Positions 50,697-60,515 are shown, counted from the first letter of the stretch. The stretch is DNA of 64,000 nt from Alphaproteobacteria bacterium (GCA_964291415.2 OZ219920.1:1592571-1656570), one strand, 5' to 3'. Notes: generated by a model not told the origin, from the letters alone. Made by a program: numbers and translations.

Positions 50697-51905
50697 TCAG
50701 GGCCGCTCCATGTCTTCCATGACGAGCTGGTTGAAACGATGGTGGAGCCTGTCCCAGAACGGCGCGTAGTAGTGCTGGCGGCACACGGGGCTTCGGCGAG
50801 CGGCCTGCACGGCTTCGATCATGATCCTGTCTTCGGCGTGGACGACATCGAACAATCTCTGGACCTGCCGTTCCTGGTCCTCGAAGGCGGGATCCTCGAG
50901 CGCTTCGGGAGCATAGAACCGCAGGTGTCTGAGTTCCGTTACGTCCGGACCCAGCGGCAGGGCGATGTTGACCTTGGCGAAGGTGTCGAGCAGCGGAATA
51001 TTGACGTTGGGATAGAGTGTCGTGAAGTAGCCCCGTTCCGGCACGATGCCGGTGTCGTGACCGGCCGAGGGAAGGTGAACCTCGTCATATGTGGCCCCGG
51101 ATTGCTCGCGGGAGTGGGCAAAGGCGAGGAGTGAACCCTCCATGGTGAGTTCGAAGCGGGGCTCTCCGGCCGCTCCGACACGCGGAACCTCGGGGGACTT
51201 GCGGTAGATGTCGTGCGTGAAGGCCTCATGGAGGAGGTTGATGGACGCGTTTTCCTGGTAGGTCTTCCAGTTGGTGCTGACGGTTCTCTCTTCGATGAGC
51301 GGCTGTCCGTCGCCATCACGGGCAGGAACCAGGCGGTCGATGGCAAAGTCGGCGCCGACGAGACGGCGCCAGGGCATCAACCACTCGTCGATATCCGGGG
51401 CTTTGCCATCGGGGTTGATGAAGAGCGTGCCAAACCGCTCGGCGCTCGGAACCTCGACGAGATCGCATGGCCATCCATCCAGGGCCTCGGGGCCGGCCCC
51501 GGGACTGCCGTCCCAGTAGGGGGCGCCCACAAGACGGCCGTCGAGGTCGTAGCGAAGACCATGGTAGGGAGTGTCGATGAACTCCAGGCCCGTTGCCGGG
51601 CGCAGCAGGGCCAGACAGCCGTCATAGGGGACGATGTTGTGAAAGACGCGCAACGTCCCGTCCCTCCCCCGGACCGCCAGCAGCGGCTGATCGAAGAGAT
51701 CGAACGGTCGGGCATCACCAGCACACGGAAGCTCCACGGCGAACATGACGGCGGTCCAGTTTCGCGCGAAGATCCGCTCCACCTCGAGCGCATGCCATGC
51801 AGCGTCCGTGAAGGCCTGGGAGGGAAGTGTCATGGCCCCCCCGATCGGCGCCATCACCCTGTCGCGCTCCGATCGGGTCACCAGTTCAAGAAGTCTCTCG
51901 TCCAT
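50697..51905 (-). CDS. Rieske-oxygenase alpha-subunit homologue with degenerate [2Fe-2S] motif
   Basis: E..RIF..NW, FHN.., PYHG..Y.LDG.L, NWK..EN..H....H, ED..IEAVQ; Rieske Cys/His ligands replaced. Confidence 0.8.
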   Translation of the reverse strand: MDERLLELVTRSERDRVMAPIGGAMTLPSQAFTDAAWHALEVERIFARNWTAVMFAVELPCAGDARPFDLFDQPLLAVRGRDGTLRVFHNIVPYDGCLALLRPATGLEFIDTPYHGLRYDLDGRLVGAPYWDGSPGAGPEALDGWPCDLVEVPSAERFGTLFINPDGKAPDIDEWLMPWRRLVGADFAIDRLVPARDGDGQPLIEERTVSTNWKTYQENASINLLHEAFTHDIYRKSPEVPRVGAAGEPRFELTMEGSLLAFAHSREQSGATYDEVHLPSAGHDTGIVPERGYFTTLYPNVNIPLLDTFAKVNIALPLGPDVTELRHLRFYAPEALEDPAFEDQERQVQRLFDVVHAEDRIMIEAVQAARRSPVCRQHYYAPFWDRLHHRFNQLVMEDMERP

Positions 51906-51970
51906 CCCTCACGCTATCCCCAATCCCCGAATGATCGAGACTGTCTGCACCCCCGGCGCAGCACAGGAAT

Positions 51971-53368
51971 TCAAGCCACCATGTCGGGCTTGAGGGTATG
52001 CCAGTCCGTGATGGACTGGAATGCTCCGGCCACGTCGAGAATGGTCTCTTCCCCGAAAGGGCGGCCCATCAGGGTCAGCGCAACCGGCAGACCCGCTGCA
52101 TTGCGTCCCGAGGGAACCGAGACAGCCGGCAGACCGGTCACATTGGCGATCCATGGCATCATGGTCATCGCGTCCTGCGCGGAGATCCGTCTTGTGCCAA
52201 CAGTGAGGTCCGTATCCCCAATTGCCGGTGCCGCGACGGGGAGGGTTGGCAGGCACACGGCATCGTGGTGCTCGAGAAGTTCCTGAAACCTGGTGACAAG
52301 TTGGTTTCTGAACTGCTGGGCTTTGAGATAGTCGACGGCGGCGATGTGCTGCCCGGCCTGCAGCTGAACCCTGACGTCCTCTCCGTACAAGTCGACGTGG
52401 GTTTCCAAGTATCGTGCATGCCAGGCGGACGCCTCTGCCAGCATGATGACTTTCCAGATGCCAAACCCGCGCTCAAGCCCCGGCACCTCGACTTCGGTGA
52501 TCGTGCAACCCGCTTCCCGGAACACGCCAACAGCGTTCTCGAGGGCGTGGCCGACGGCCTCATCGCAGAGGATTCCTTCGCCACGCAACACCGCGAGCCG
52601 TGTTTGTCCCGACCTCGCGGCGGCACGCCTGTCAACACGGGTCGTGGAGTCCCTAGGGTCTTCGCCGGAAAGGACATCGAGGAGAATTCCCAGGTCCCGC
52701 GCCGAACGGGCCATGGGTCCCGCGACATCGAGGGAAAACGAGAGCGGCAGGACGCCGAAGCGGCTGAGACGCCCGTAGGTCGGCTTGAGACCGCAGACTC
52801 CGCACGCCGCGGCGGGTATTCTCACCGATCCGCCCGTATCACTGCCCAGGGCCGCAGGCACGACACGCGCCGCCAGGGCGGCGGCGGACCCGCCGCTCGA
52901 TCCTCCCGAGATGTGATCGGGGTTCCATGGATTGTGCACAGGACCGAATGCCGACGACGTATTCGTTGCCCCGTAGGCCCACTCATGCATATTGGTCTTG
53001 CCGAAGATGATGGCGCCTGCAGCTCGCAGTCGCTCCACAACCGTCGCATCGATGCCGACAGCGGCATCCGCGAGCACCCGTGAGCATGCCGTTGTCGGAT
53101 AGTCCCTGGTCCAGAAGTTGTCCTTGACCGCCACCGGGATGCCGTGGAGCGGGCCGGCAACGATGCCACCTTCCCTCATGTCATCCAGAGCACGGGCCTC
53201 GGCAAGCACCTTCCCTTCATCCAGGGCAACGTGGGCGTTGATCGTGTCACGCACCCTCGCCGAGGCAGCAAGGCAGGCCTCCGCGAGAGCGACAGCGGTG
53301 ATGTCACGGCGATGCAGACGACGGACAAGATCGCCGACTTCCAGTTCGTTGAGGGGGACCTCAGTCAT
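51971..53368 (-). CDS. Amidase signature enzyme (GatA/AtzE-like)
   Basis: [30 protein letters not shown]: Ser-cisSer-Lys triad intact. Confidence 0.92.
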   Translation of the reverse strand: MTEVPLNELEVGDLVRRLHRRDITAVALAEACLAASARVRDTINAHVALDEGKVLAEARALDDMREGGIVAGPLHGIPVAVKDNFWTRDYPTTACSRVLADAAVGIDATVVERLRAAGAIIFGKTNMHEWAYGATNTSSAFGPVHNPWNPDHISGGSSGGSAAALAARVVPAALGSDTGGSVRIPAAACGVCGLKPTYGRLSRFGVLPLSFSLDVAGPMARSARDLGILLDVLSGEDPRDSTTRVDRRAAARSGQTRLAVLRGEGILCDEAVGHALENAVGVFREAGCTITEVEVPGLERGFGIWKVIMLAEASAWHARYLETHVDLYGEDVRVQLQAGQHIAAVDYLKAQQFRNQLVTRFQELLEHHDAVCLPTLPVAAPAIGDTDLTVGTRRISAQDAMTMMPWIANVTGLPAVSVPSGRNAAGLPVALTLMGRPFGEETILDVAGAFQSITDWHTLKPDMVA

Positions 53369-53546
53369 GGCGTTCGACCCGGAAGTGATGTGCCGGCTCC
53401 ATCCACGAAACATCATCGAGACCGGCGAGCGCTCCGAGGGCATCGTTGAGAATGTCGACCACACGGTCGACATCGGCATCCGCGAGGTCCTTCCACCCCA
53501 TGGCCCGGCGGTGGCTGATCACCTGCTCACGCGTCACGCGTGTCAT
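53361..53546 (-). CDS. Small (61 aa) GatC/AtzG-like putative amidase partner
   Basis: Strong AAGGAGG SD; 8-nt overlap with the amidase start; helical pattern ending LDDVSWMEPAHHF. Confidence 0.6.
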   Translation of the reverse strand: MTRVTREQVISHRRAMGWKDLADADVDRVVDILNDALGALAGLDDVSWMEPAHHFRVERHD

Positions 53547-53575
53547 GGTCCCTGGTCCTCCTTGTTCGTGCGCCG

Positions 53576-54274
53576 TCATACTCCAAGCAGGTCATGTAAC
53601 AGATCGCGGTCGCCGACAAGTTCATCGCGCGTGACTTCCCGGGCGATGGTGCCTCCCGCCATGACATAGGCCCGCTCGGCAAGGGAAAGGCAAAAGTCGA
53701 GATTCTGCTCGGCGATGATGATTGTGAGTGTTGCCTCATTCTTCATCGCCATGAGCATGCCGGCGATCTCGTCGACAATGGATGGCTGGACACCCTCGCT
53801 TGGCTCATCGAGCATCAGCACCCTGGGGCGCGTGGCCAGGGCGCGGGCGATGGCGAGGATCTGCTGCTGGCCGCCACTCAGGCTGCCGGCCAGTGCCTCG
53901 GCCTTCTCGCGGAGGATGGGGAAGTCGCTGAGCGCTCGTTCAACCGCCTCCTTCCTGTCGAGACCGCAACCGATGGCCGCCGCCGAGATGTTCTCCGTCA
54001 CGGTGAGACGCGGGAAGACATAGCGGCCCTGCGGAACGTAGCCGAGTCCGGCACGGGCACGCCGCGCAGTGGAAGCGGGAAGCGGTGCACCGTCGAGCGA
54101 TACCTGCCCGCCGAAGACATCGATCAGTCCCATGATGTACTTCAGCAACGTCGTCTTGCCGACGCCATTCCTTCCCAGAAGCGCCACGACCTCCCCGGAC
54201 TTCACGGCTAGCGACACGTTGCGGATGATTCGCGTCTTGCCGTAGCCGCCGGTGGCGTCGGTGATCTCAAACAT
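53576..54274 (-). CDS. Urea/amide ABC transporter ATP-binding protein (UrtE/LivF-like)
   Basis: GRNGVGKTT, GYVPQGR, LSGGQQQ, LDEPSEGVQPS. Confidence 0.9.
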   Translation of the reverse strand: MFEITDATGGYGKTRIIRNVSLAVKSGEVVALLGRNGVGKTTLLKYIMGLIDVFGGQVSLDGAPLPASTARRARAGLGYVPQGRYVFPRLTVTENISAAAIGCGLDRKEAVERALSDFPILREKAEALAGSLSGGQQQILAIARALATRPRVLMLDEPSEGVQPSIVDEIAGMLMAMKNEATLTIIIAEQNLDFCLSLAERAYVMAGGTIAREVTRDELVGDRDLLHDLLGV

Positions 54275-56111
54275 GCTGATGACGGCCCAGGTAGATGTCG
54301 AGCACCCGGTCGTCCTGGCGCAGCGTCTCGATGTCTCCGCGGGCAAACACCTCGCCCTGGTGAAGTACCGTGACATCGGCGTCGAGCGTGCGCACGAAGT
54401 CCATGTCGTGTTCCACCACCACCACGGACGCAGTCCTGGCGAGCGCCCGGACCATATCTGACAGCTGACGGCGCTCCTCGTTTGTCATGCCCGCCGCCGG
54501 CTCGTCGAGCAGGATGACATCGGGCCCCAGGGCAAGCACCATGCCGAGATCCAGCCACTGCTGTTCCCCGTGGGACAGTTCACTCGCCGGCCTCGACGCC
54601 GCATTCCGCATGCCAAGCATGTGGAGCATCTCCGTCGTGATCCAGTCGGCCGTTCGTGCATCCCGGCTACGGCTGTAGGCGGCAACCCACAGGTTGCGGC
54701 GCACGTCGAGATCGGCGAACACCTGTGCCCTCTGGTTCTTGATGCCCAGCCCCATGCGCACCCGGCGAAAGGGGTCGGTCTTCGTGATGTCCTGCCCAGC
54801 CAGCGTGATGCTCCCGCCATCGGGCTTGTAGACGCCGGTGCAGGCCTTGAGATAGGAACTCTTCCCGGCGCCGTTGGGTCCGATGAGGCACCGTACCCTG
54901 CCAGGGGAGAATGATTGGGAAACATGCCTCACCGGAGTGACTCCGCCGAACCGCTTGAACGTGTCCTCGGTCTCCAGAACCACCTGTTTTCCGCTCTCTT
55001 CGCGCAGCAGGTCGAGACGCTCGAAGTCCACACTGAGACTGGACAGGCGCGCCTCGGCGTCCTTGCCCTGATCGCCCCGCCTCACCAGGCGCTTCGTCAG
55101 CTCCATGAGATCCTTCAGGCCGCCGGTCAACCCGTTGCGCAGGAATATCACCAGCAGAATGAGGCAGGCGCCCATGACGAGCGTTGTCTGGCCGCCGATG
55201 ACTCCCCCGCCAAGCCAGAAGGACAGACCACCCACCGCGAGGGCTCCAACAAAGGCACCCACCAGCGTTCCCTTGCCGCCGACGAGGACATAGATGGGCA
55301 CCAGCAGGGCCTCCTGGACACTGAAGACGGAAGGATTGAGATAGTTGGCCCAGGCGCCGAACAGGGCCCCGGCAAGGCCTGCAACGGCTCCGGCGATCGT
55401 GAAGAGAAGAAGCTGGTAGAGCCGGACATCGTAACCGAGAAGTTCGGCCTTGACCGGATCCATGCGTATGCAGTCGATCACCAGTCCGAACGGCGAGCGC
55501 ATCAGGACGTGACTGGCATACCACGCGATGGTGGCGATGACGGCGACGGTAAGGAACATCGCTCCCGGCTCGAGCAACGGAGCGTCATGCCCGAAACCAA
55601 GGATGTACCCCGGGATGTTCGACATGCCGTTGTCGCCGCCGACAACGGCATCGCCTATCGTCGCCGTGAACGACACCGCGACCGTCCACAGCACCAGGGT
55701 GAAGGTGTAGGTGATGATGGTGGTCTGAAGCGGACCGAGGCGACCGTAGAATGTGAGACCACCCATCAGAATCGCCGTTGCCGCTCCCGTCGCCATGCCC
55801 ACCGGCAGCGACCAGACGAGCGTGTTCCCGGTGAGGGACGCACAGTTGATTGCCGTGATACTGCCAAGGTAGCCGCCCACACCGTAGAACGCTGTCTGCC
55901 CGAGGCTCAGGATCCCGCCCCTGCCCCACACCAGGTCAAGGCTGAGACCCAGCAATCCGAAAATGACCCACGACGTCGCGACATAGGCAAGGTAGGGGTC
56001 GAAGGCGAGGCTGGCGACAATCGCCAGACCGACCAGCCCGCCTAACCAGACGAGCGAGAACGGTTCGAAGCGCGCCACCCGGGGCATGTCCGTTTCCACG
56101 GCTCCTGCCAT
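54267..56111 (-). CDS. Fused ABC permease and ATP-binding protein (UrtC-UrtD-like)
   Basis: N-terminal TM region (LDLVWG..SLGQ, GGDNG); C-terminal GPNGAGKS, LSHGEQQWL, LDEPAAG, VEHD. Confidence 0.88.
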   Translation of the reverse strand: MAGAVETDMPRVARFEPFSLVWLGGLVGLAIVASLAFDPYLAYVATSWVIFGLLGLSLDLVWGRGGILSLGQTAFYGVGGYLGSITAINCASLTGNTLVWSLPVGMATGAATAILMGGLTFYGRLGPLQTTIITYTFTLVLWTVAVSFTATIGDAVVGGDNGMSNIPGYILGFGHDAPLLEPGAMFLTVAVIATIAWYASHVLMRSPFGLVIDCIRMDPVKAELLGYDVRLYQLLLFTIAGAVAGLAGALFGAWANYLNPSVFSVQEALLVPIYVLVGGKGTLVGAFVGALAVGGLSFWLGGGVIGGQTTLVMGACLILLVIFLRNGLTGGLKDLMELTKRLVRRGDQGKDAEARLSSLSVDFERLDLLREESGKQVVLETEDTFKRFGGVTPVRHVSQSFSPGRVRCLIGPNGAGKSSYLKACTGVYKPDGGSITLAGQDITKTDPFRRVRMGLGIKNQRAQVFADLDVRRNLWVAAYSRSRDARTADWITTEMLHMLGMRNAASRPASELSHGEQQWLDLGMVLALGPDVILLDEPAAGMTNEERRQLSDMVRALARTASVVVVEHDMDFVRTLDADVTVLHQGEVFARGDIETLRQDDRVLDIYLGRHQHV

Positions 56112-56115
56112 CGGA

Positions 56116-56982
56116 TCAGAGTTTCAGACGCCAGCGTGCGGAGATCCCGAGGGGGAAGATCCGCAGGATCGTGATGGTCGCGATGAAGAACACGACATCA
56201 CCCATGACGGTTGTATAGAAACTCGCCGTCATGCTGGCGATGGAACCCAGGACTCCGCCGGCAGCGACCGTTCCCGACAGGGTGACGGGACCCGCCGCGA
56301 CAACGGCAAGAAAGGCCTTGATGACGAAGGCGAAGCCCATGCTTGGCGTCGCCGGAAACGCGGGAAGCAGGATGGCGCCGGCAAATCCGGCAAGTCCCGA
56401 ACCCAGGGCGAAGGTCATCGTGTTGATGCGTCCGGACTCGATCCCCATCGTTGCCGCGGTCTCCGGATCCTGAATGGCCGCCCGTGCGACAATGCCGTAC
56501 CCGGTACGCGTGAGGAGCCAGTAGAGAAGTCCGATCAGGACCACCGCCACGAGAATGAGGAAGAGCAGGTAGGTGGAAAGCGTGTAGCTCCCGATCTCGA
56601 TGTTGGACTGCGGCATGCCGACACCGGGCGTGACCGTGCCGAATATCAGCACCGCCGACTGGTAGAGCACCAGAGAGAGCCCCCAGGTCGCAAGCAGAGT
56701 GTCGAGAATGCGCCCGTAGAGATGGCGGATGATCGCCCTCTCGACGATGGCGCCGAACAGAGCCGTGACGACGCTGGCCAGAACAACCGCCAGAGGAAAC
56801 GGAATGCCGCTGCGCGTGGCAAACAGCGCCACGTAGGCTCCGAACATGATGAACTCGCCGTGGGCGAGATTGATGACCCCCATCAGTCCGAAGACGATGG
56901 CGAGTCCGACAGTGGCAATGAGCAGAACGGATGCGCTCGACAGGGATGACAGCAGAACTGTCGCAAGGTAGTCGAGTTCCAC
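56116..56982 (-). CDS. Urea/amide ABC transporter permease (UrtB/LivH-like)
   Basis: GLAIVFGLMGVINLAHGEFIM, LLATWG. Confidence 0.9.
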   Translation of the reverse strand: MELDYLATVLLSSLSSASVLLIATVGLAIVFGLMGVINLAHGEFIMFGAYVALFATRSGIPFPLAVVLASVVTALFGAIVERAIIRHLYGRILDTLLATWGLSLVLYQSAVLIFGTVTPGVGMPQSNIEIGSYTLSTYLLFLILVAVVLIGLLYWLLTRTGYGIVARAAIQDPETAATMGIESGRINTMTFALGSGLAGFAGAILLPAFPATPSMGFAFVIKAFLAVVAAGPVTLSGTVAAGGVLGSIASMTASFYTTVMGDVVFFIATITILRIFPLGISARWRLKL

Positions 56983-57070
56983 GGTCGAGACTCTCCGCGT
57001 ACTGGCGCCGGGTCAGGCTGAGAAGGAGCGGGCGACTGCTCCTGCAGCCGCCCGCGTTCCTCTCCAGGGT

Positions 57071-58291
57071 TCAGGGAACGAAGTGTTCCGCCGTGTCAGG
57101 ATTGGCGATCAGGTCACACACCTCGTCCTCGAAACTCGGCGCCACATATTCGAATTTCTCGATGACATCGAAGGCATGTTCACGGTTGCCGCGGACGATG
57201 TAGATGTTCTGACGCAGGTGGTGGGAACCGGGCTGCATGGAGACCGTTCCGTTGGGGCCCTCGAAGGAAACACCGCTCTCGAGCGCGGCGATCACGGCAT
57301 CGTTGTCCGTGGTGCCGGCGATCTCGACGGCAGCGGCCCAGACGTGAACCGCGTTCCAGACGTCGGCCGCCTCGGAGATGATGGGCTCATCCAGTCCGTA
57401 CGCTTCCTCCCACAGGGCCATGAACGGCTCGTTGTTCGGCTCGTCGATCCACATGAAGTACTCCTGGGAAGCGACAATACCCTCACCGGCATCCGGCGAG
57501 ACGACCACCTGCTGGTTGCCCGAACCATAGTTGGTGGAAACGATTCCCATCTTGTCCTTCAGTCCGGCGGCCGCGAACTGCTCCAGGAATCCTGTCTGGT
57601 TGGCGCCCACCGGCAAGGCAACGACGAAGTCCGGATCGGCCGCCTGAATCTTCTGAATCGTCGGCGAATAGTCGGTCACCGTGAGAGGCAGGAAGTCGGC
57701 TCCGAGAACCTCAGCACCAAACTGTTCGGCGTAGTACTCCACCCAGTGGGCCGAGATGGTTCCGAAGTTGTAGTCGGGAGCCATGATGTAGATCCTGGGC
57801 CCGTACTCCCGCACTGCCCAGTCGATGAGTACGCTCATCTGCTGCGACGCCGATGCGCCGGTGATGAATGTCTGCTTGTCGCAGGCGCCGCCCTCATAGA
57901 GAGCACTGTAGAAGTACGGGACCTTCTTTTGCCTCACGATGGGCCGGATAGCTTCCCGCGACGAACTCGTCAGCCCGGCAAACAGGACATCGATCTGATC
58001 GCGCAGAATGAGCGTGTTGGTGTACTGCGTGTACTTGGCGAGATCGGACTGCGCATCGTTCTCGATGACGGTGATCTGGTTGCCCAGAACGCCGCCTCCG
58101 GCATTGATGCTGTCGACGGCAAGGTGCAGTGCCTGACTCTGCTGAATACCGTAAATGTTGAGTCCGCCGGTCAGATCGAAGATCGCGCCGACCTTGATCT
58201 CGTCGTCAGCCCAGGCCCCGGTTCCCAGGGTGAGCGCCAGAACGACGGCGGCTGCCCGGGTCACTCTCGCGCCCTTCATGAAGTCTCGCAT
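57071..58291 (-). CDS. Urea/amide ABC transporter substrate-binding protein (UrtA/AmiC family)
   Basis: Signal peptide; INAGGGVLG, TSSSREAIRP, YEGG, DYNFG; GGGAGG SD. Confidence 0.88.
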   Translation of the reverse strand: MRDFMKGARVTRAAAVVLALTLGTGAWADDEIKVGAIFDLTGGLNIYGIQQSQALHLAVDSINAGGGVLGNQITVIENDAQSDLAKYTQYTNTLILRDQIDVLFAGLTSSSREAIRPIVRQKKVPYFYSALYEGGACDKQTFITGASASQQMSVLIDWAVREYGPRIYIMAPDYNFGTISAHWVEYYAEQFGAEVLGADFLPLTVTDYSPTIQKIQAADPDFVVALPVGANQTGFLEQFAAAGLKDKMGIVSTNYGSGNQQVVVSPDAGEGIVASQEYFMWIDEPNNEPFMALWEEAYGLDEPIISEAADVWNAVHVWAAAVEIAGTTDNDAVIAALESGVSFEGPNGTVSMQPGSHHLRQNIYIVRGNREHAFDVIEKFEYVAPSFEDEVCDLIANPDTAEHFVP

Positions 58292-58531
58292 GATTGTTCC
58301 TCCCTTGTGATCGAGATCGGTCCCTGCGATACCTGACAACAGGCACGGGATGACGACCGATCGACCGGTTGATCCCGGTTTGACATGTCCTGATTTCCGG
58401 ACGCTGAACTCTACATCACCGCCATCAGCGATTGCAAAGAAGCCGGCAGCCTGTCCGGCACCTGAAGGCGCCGTAAGCCAGACCGACCTGGCACGCGAGG
58501 TCATGCGCCAACCACATCCGGCGACACACTC

Positions 58532-58918
58532 CTACAGTGCGCGGATGGGACCTCCGTAACGCGCCAGCGTCTTGTCGCCGGTCAGCAGAGTGATGCGCTC
58601 GACGCGCGCCTGGGCAACCAGGAGGCGATCGAAGGGGTCACCGTGAAGCAACGGAAGCAAGCCTACTTCCACGGCATGCGCACCGGTCACGGGAAGCTCG
58701 GCATAACCGTTCGCCAGCAAGCTGCGGCGCAGGACATGCGGGTCGACCCGGAAATCGGCGCGCCCGAGTCCGTTCTTTATCGCGATTTCCCAAAGCGACG
58801 CGGCACTCACCACCAACTCGGTTCCGGGCTCAACTATGAGATCGCGCGCCTCCACCGGAAGCTTTGCCGATCCCTGTGCCGCCCAAAGCAACAGGTGCGT
58901 GTCAAGCAGGAGCCTCAC
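58532..58918 (-). CDS. vapC: Type II toxin, PIN-domain VapC family
   Basis: LLLDTH, SAASLWEIAIK, HGDPFDRLLVAQA, LLTGD. Confidence 0.93.
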   Translation of the reverse strand: MRLLLDTHLLLWAAQGSAKLPVEARDLIVEPGTELVVSAASLWEIAIKNGLGRADFRVDPHVLRRSLLANGYAELPVTGAHAVEVGLLPLLHGDPFDRLLVAQARVERITLLTGDKTLARYGGPIRAL

Positions 58919-59154
58919 CCGCGCCCCGAAAACAGGGTGCGGATTTCTTCCGAACCCATGCTGTCGAAATCGTCCGGTACGGAGATCTGTCCGGCCAGGA
59001 AACCGATTCGATGCCGCGCATCCGGAGCCTCGAGAGCGACGACCTTGACCATCGGCTTGCCGGCGCGCGCGATGATGAATGACTCGCCCTTGGCAGCCGC
59101 CTCGACAAGGCGCGACAGATGCGTCTTGGCTTCGTGCATGTTGACGGTGCGCAT
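58915..59154 (-). CDS. Type II antitoxin, Phd/YefM family
   Basis: VNMHEAKTHLSRLVE...GE..II.RAGKP; GTGA overlap with the toxin. Confidence 0.93.
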   Translation of the reverse strand: MRTVNMHEAKTHLSRLVEAAAKGESFIIARAGKPMVKVVALEAPDARHRIGFLAGQISVPDDFDSMGSEEIRTLFSGRG

Positions 59155-59172
59155 GACGTGCTTCCTTCTTTC

Positions 59173-59199
59173 TGAACTAAGTTTACTAAACTTAGTTCA
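59173..59199. promoter_or_regulatory. Perfect palindromic operator of the TA operon
   Basis: TGAACTAAGTTTA-C-TAAACTTAGTTCA, overlapping a minus-strand TTGCAA-N16-TAAACT promoter-like element. Confidence 0.75.
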
Positions 59200-59453
59200 T
59201 ATTGCAATCCTGGAATCAATCTCGAAGATGATGACAGGGCTCCGGTCAATGTCAGGCGCAATGAGGTTGGCCAGTGTCCACGAACAGGCATTCACGACTT
59301 GCATGCCTGCCAGGCGGGACGCTCCACGGACGGCAAAGGCGCGTAGCGCGACATCGGAATCTTCGATTGGTTCGCCATTCCGAGGCGGTGGTGGACGGTC
59401 CGGGAGGTCCGGGCCATGATGCGCCCGCATCACGAGTGGGAAGTCTGGTCAGC

Positions 59454-60497
59454 ATGAAGTATCGGAAACTTGGACGTACCGGGATCGACGTCTCGCTGCT
59501 TTGTCTCGGCAGCATGAACTGGGGCAGCAACAGCACCGAGGCCGAGGGCCACCGGCAGATGGATCAGGCCTTCGAGCACGGTGTGAATTTCATCGACACC
59601 GCCGAGATGTACGCGGTGCCGTCAAGCGCCGAACACTACGGCCGGAGCGAGGAGGTCATCGGCACCTGGATGAAAAGCCGGGCGAACCGCGACCGCGTGA
59701 TCCTCGCCACGAAGGTCGCCGGGCCGGGCGATCATTTCACGTACATCCGCGACGGCAAGCCACGCTTCAACAGATGGCATATCGAGCGGGCCATTGATGC
59801 CAGTCTGAAGCGCCTGCAGACCGATTACGTCGATCTCTACCAGCTTCACTGGCCGGAACGGCCCACCGCCACCTTCGGGCGCCTGGGATACCACTATCCC
59901 GAGACCGACGACTGGACACCGCTGGAGGAAACCCTCGAGGCCCTCGATGGTCTCGTGAAAGCCGGAAAGGTGCGCTTCATCGGTGTGTCCAACGAAACGC
60001 CCTGGGGCACCATGCGCTTCCTCCATCTCTCCGAGACACTGGGTTTGCCACGCATCGTCTCGAACCAGAATCCCTACAGCCTGCTCAACAGGTCATTCGA
60101 GGCCGGTTGCTCCGAGATCACGCGATTTGAACAGGTCGGACTTCTTGCCTATGCGCCGATGGCCGCCGGAGCCCTGTCGGGCAAGTACCTCGGCGGTGCC
60201 CGGCCGGCTGGCGCCCGCATGACCATGTATCCGTCGAACCGGCGCTATCTTGGACCGCCCAACGCCGAACCGGCGATCCAGGCTTACGTCGATCTGGCGC
60301 GCCGCTTCGATCTCGAGCCCGGCGTCATGGCGCTGGCCTGGGTCAACCGGCAGCCCTTCACGACTTCGACCATCATCGGTGCGATGAACGCGGAGCAGCT
60401 TGCAAGCGACCTTGCCAGTGTCGATGTCGAACTGCCCGAGGAACTCGTCGAGGCCATCGAGGAAACCCACCGCCGCTACACCTATCCCTGTCCCTGA
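59454..60497 (+). CDS. Aldo/keto reductase (Tas-like)
   Basis: FIDTAEMY, ATKV, DLYQLHWP, GVSNETPWG, QNPYSLLNR. Confidence 0.92.
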   Translation: MKYRKLGRTGIDVSLLCLGSMNWGSNSTEAEGHRQMDQAFEHGVNFIDTAEMYAVPSSAEHYGRSEEVIGTWMKSRANRDRVILATKVAGPGDHFTYIRDGKPRFNRWHIERAIDASLKRLQTDYVDLYQLHWPERPTATFGRLGYHYPETDDWTPLEETLEALDGLVKAGKVRFIGVSNETPWGTMRFLHLSETLGLPRIVSNQNPYSLLNRSFEAGCSEITRFEQVGLLAYAPMAAGALSGKYLGGARPAGARMTMYPSNRRYLGPPNAEPAIQAYVDLARRFDLEPGVMALAWVNRQPFTTSTIIGAMNAEQLASDLASVDVELPEELVEAIEETHRRYTYPCP

Positions 60498-60515
60498 CCA
60501 GAGATGAGGGTCCTG

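Noticed and set aside
53361-53546. gatC-gatA of the tRNA-dependent amidotransferase
   Set aside because: No gatB follows, and the context is transport and catabolism.
58420-58455. Possible sigma54 promoter for the amide ABC operon
   Set aside because: TTGC is present on the minus strand but there is no GG at the -24 position.
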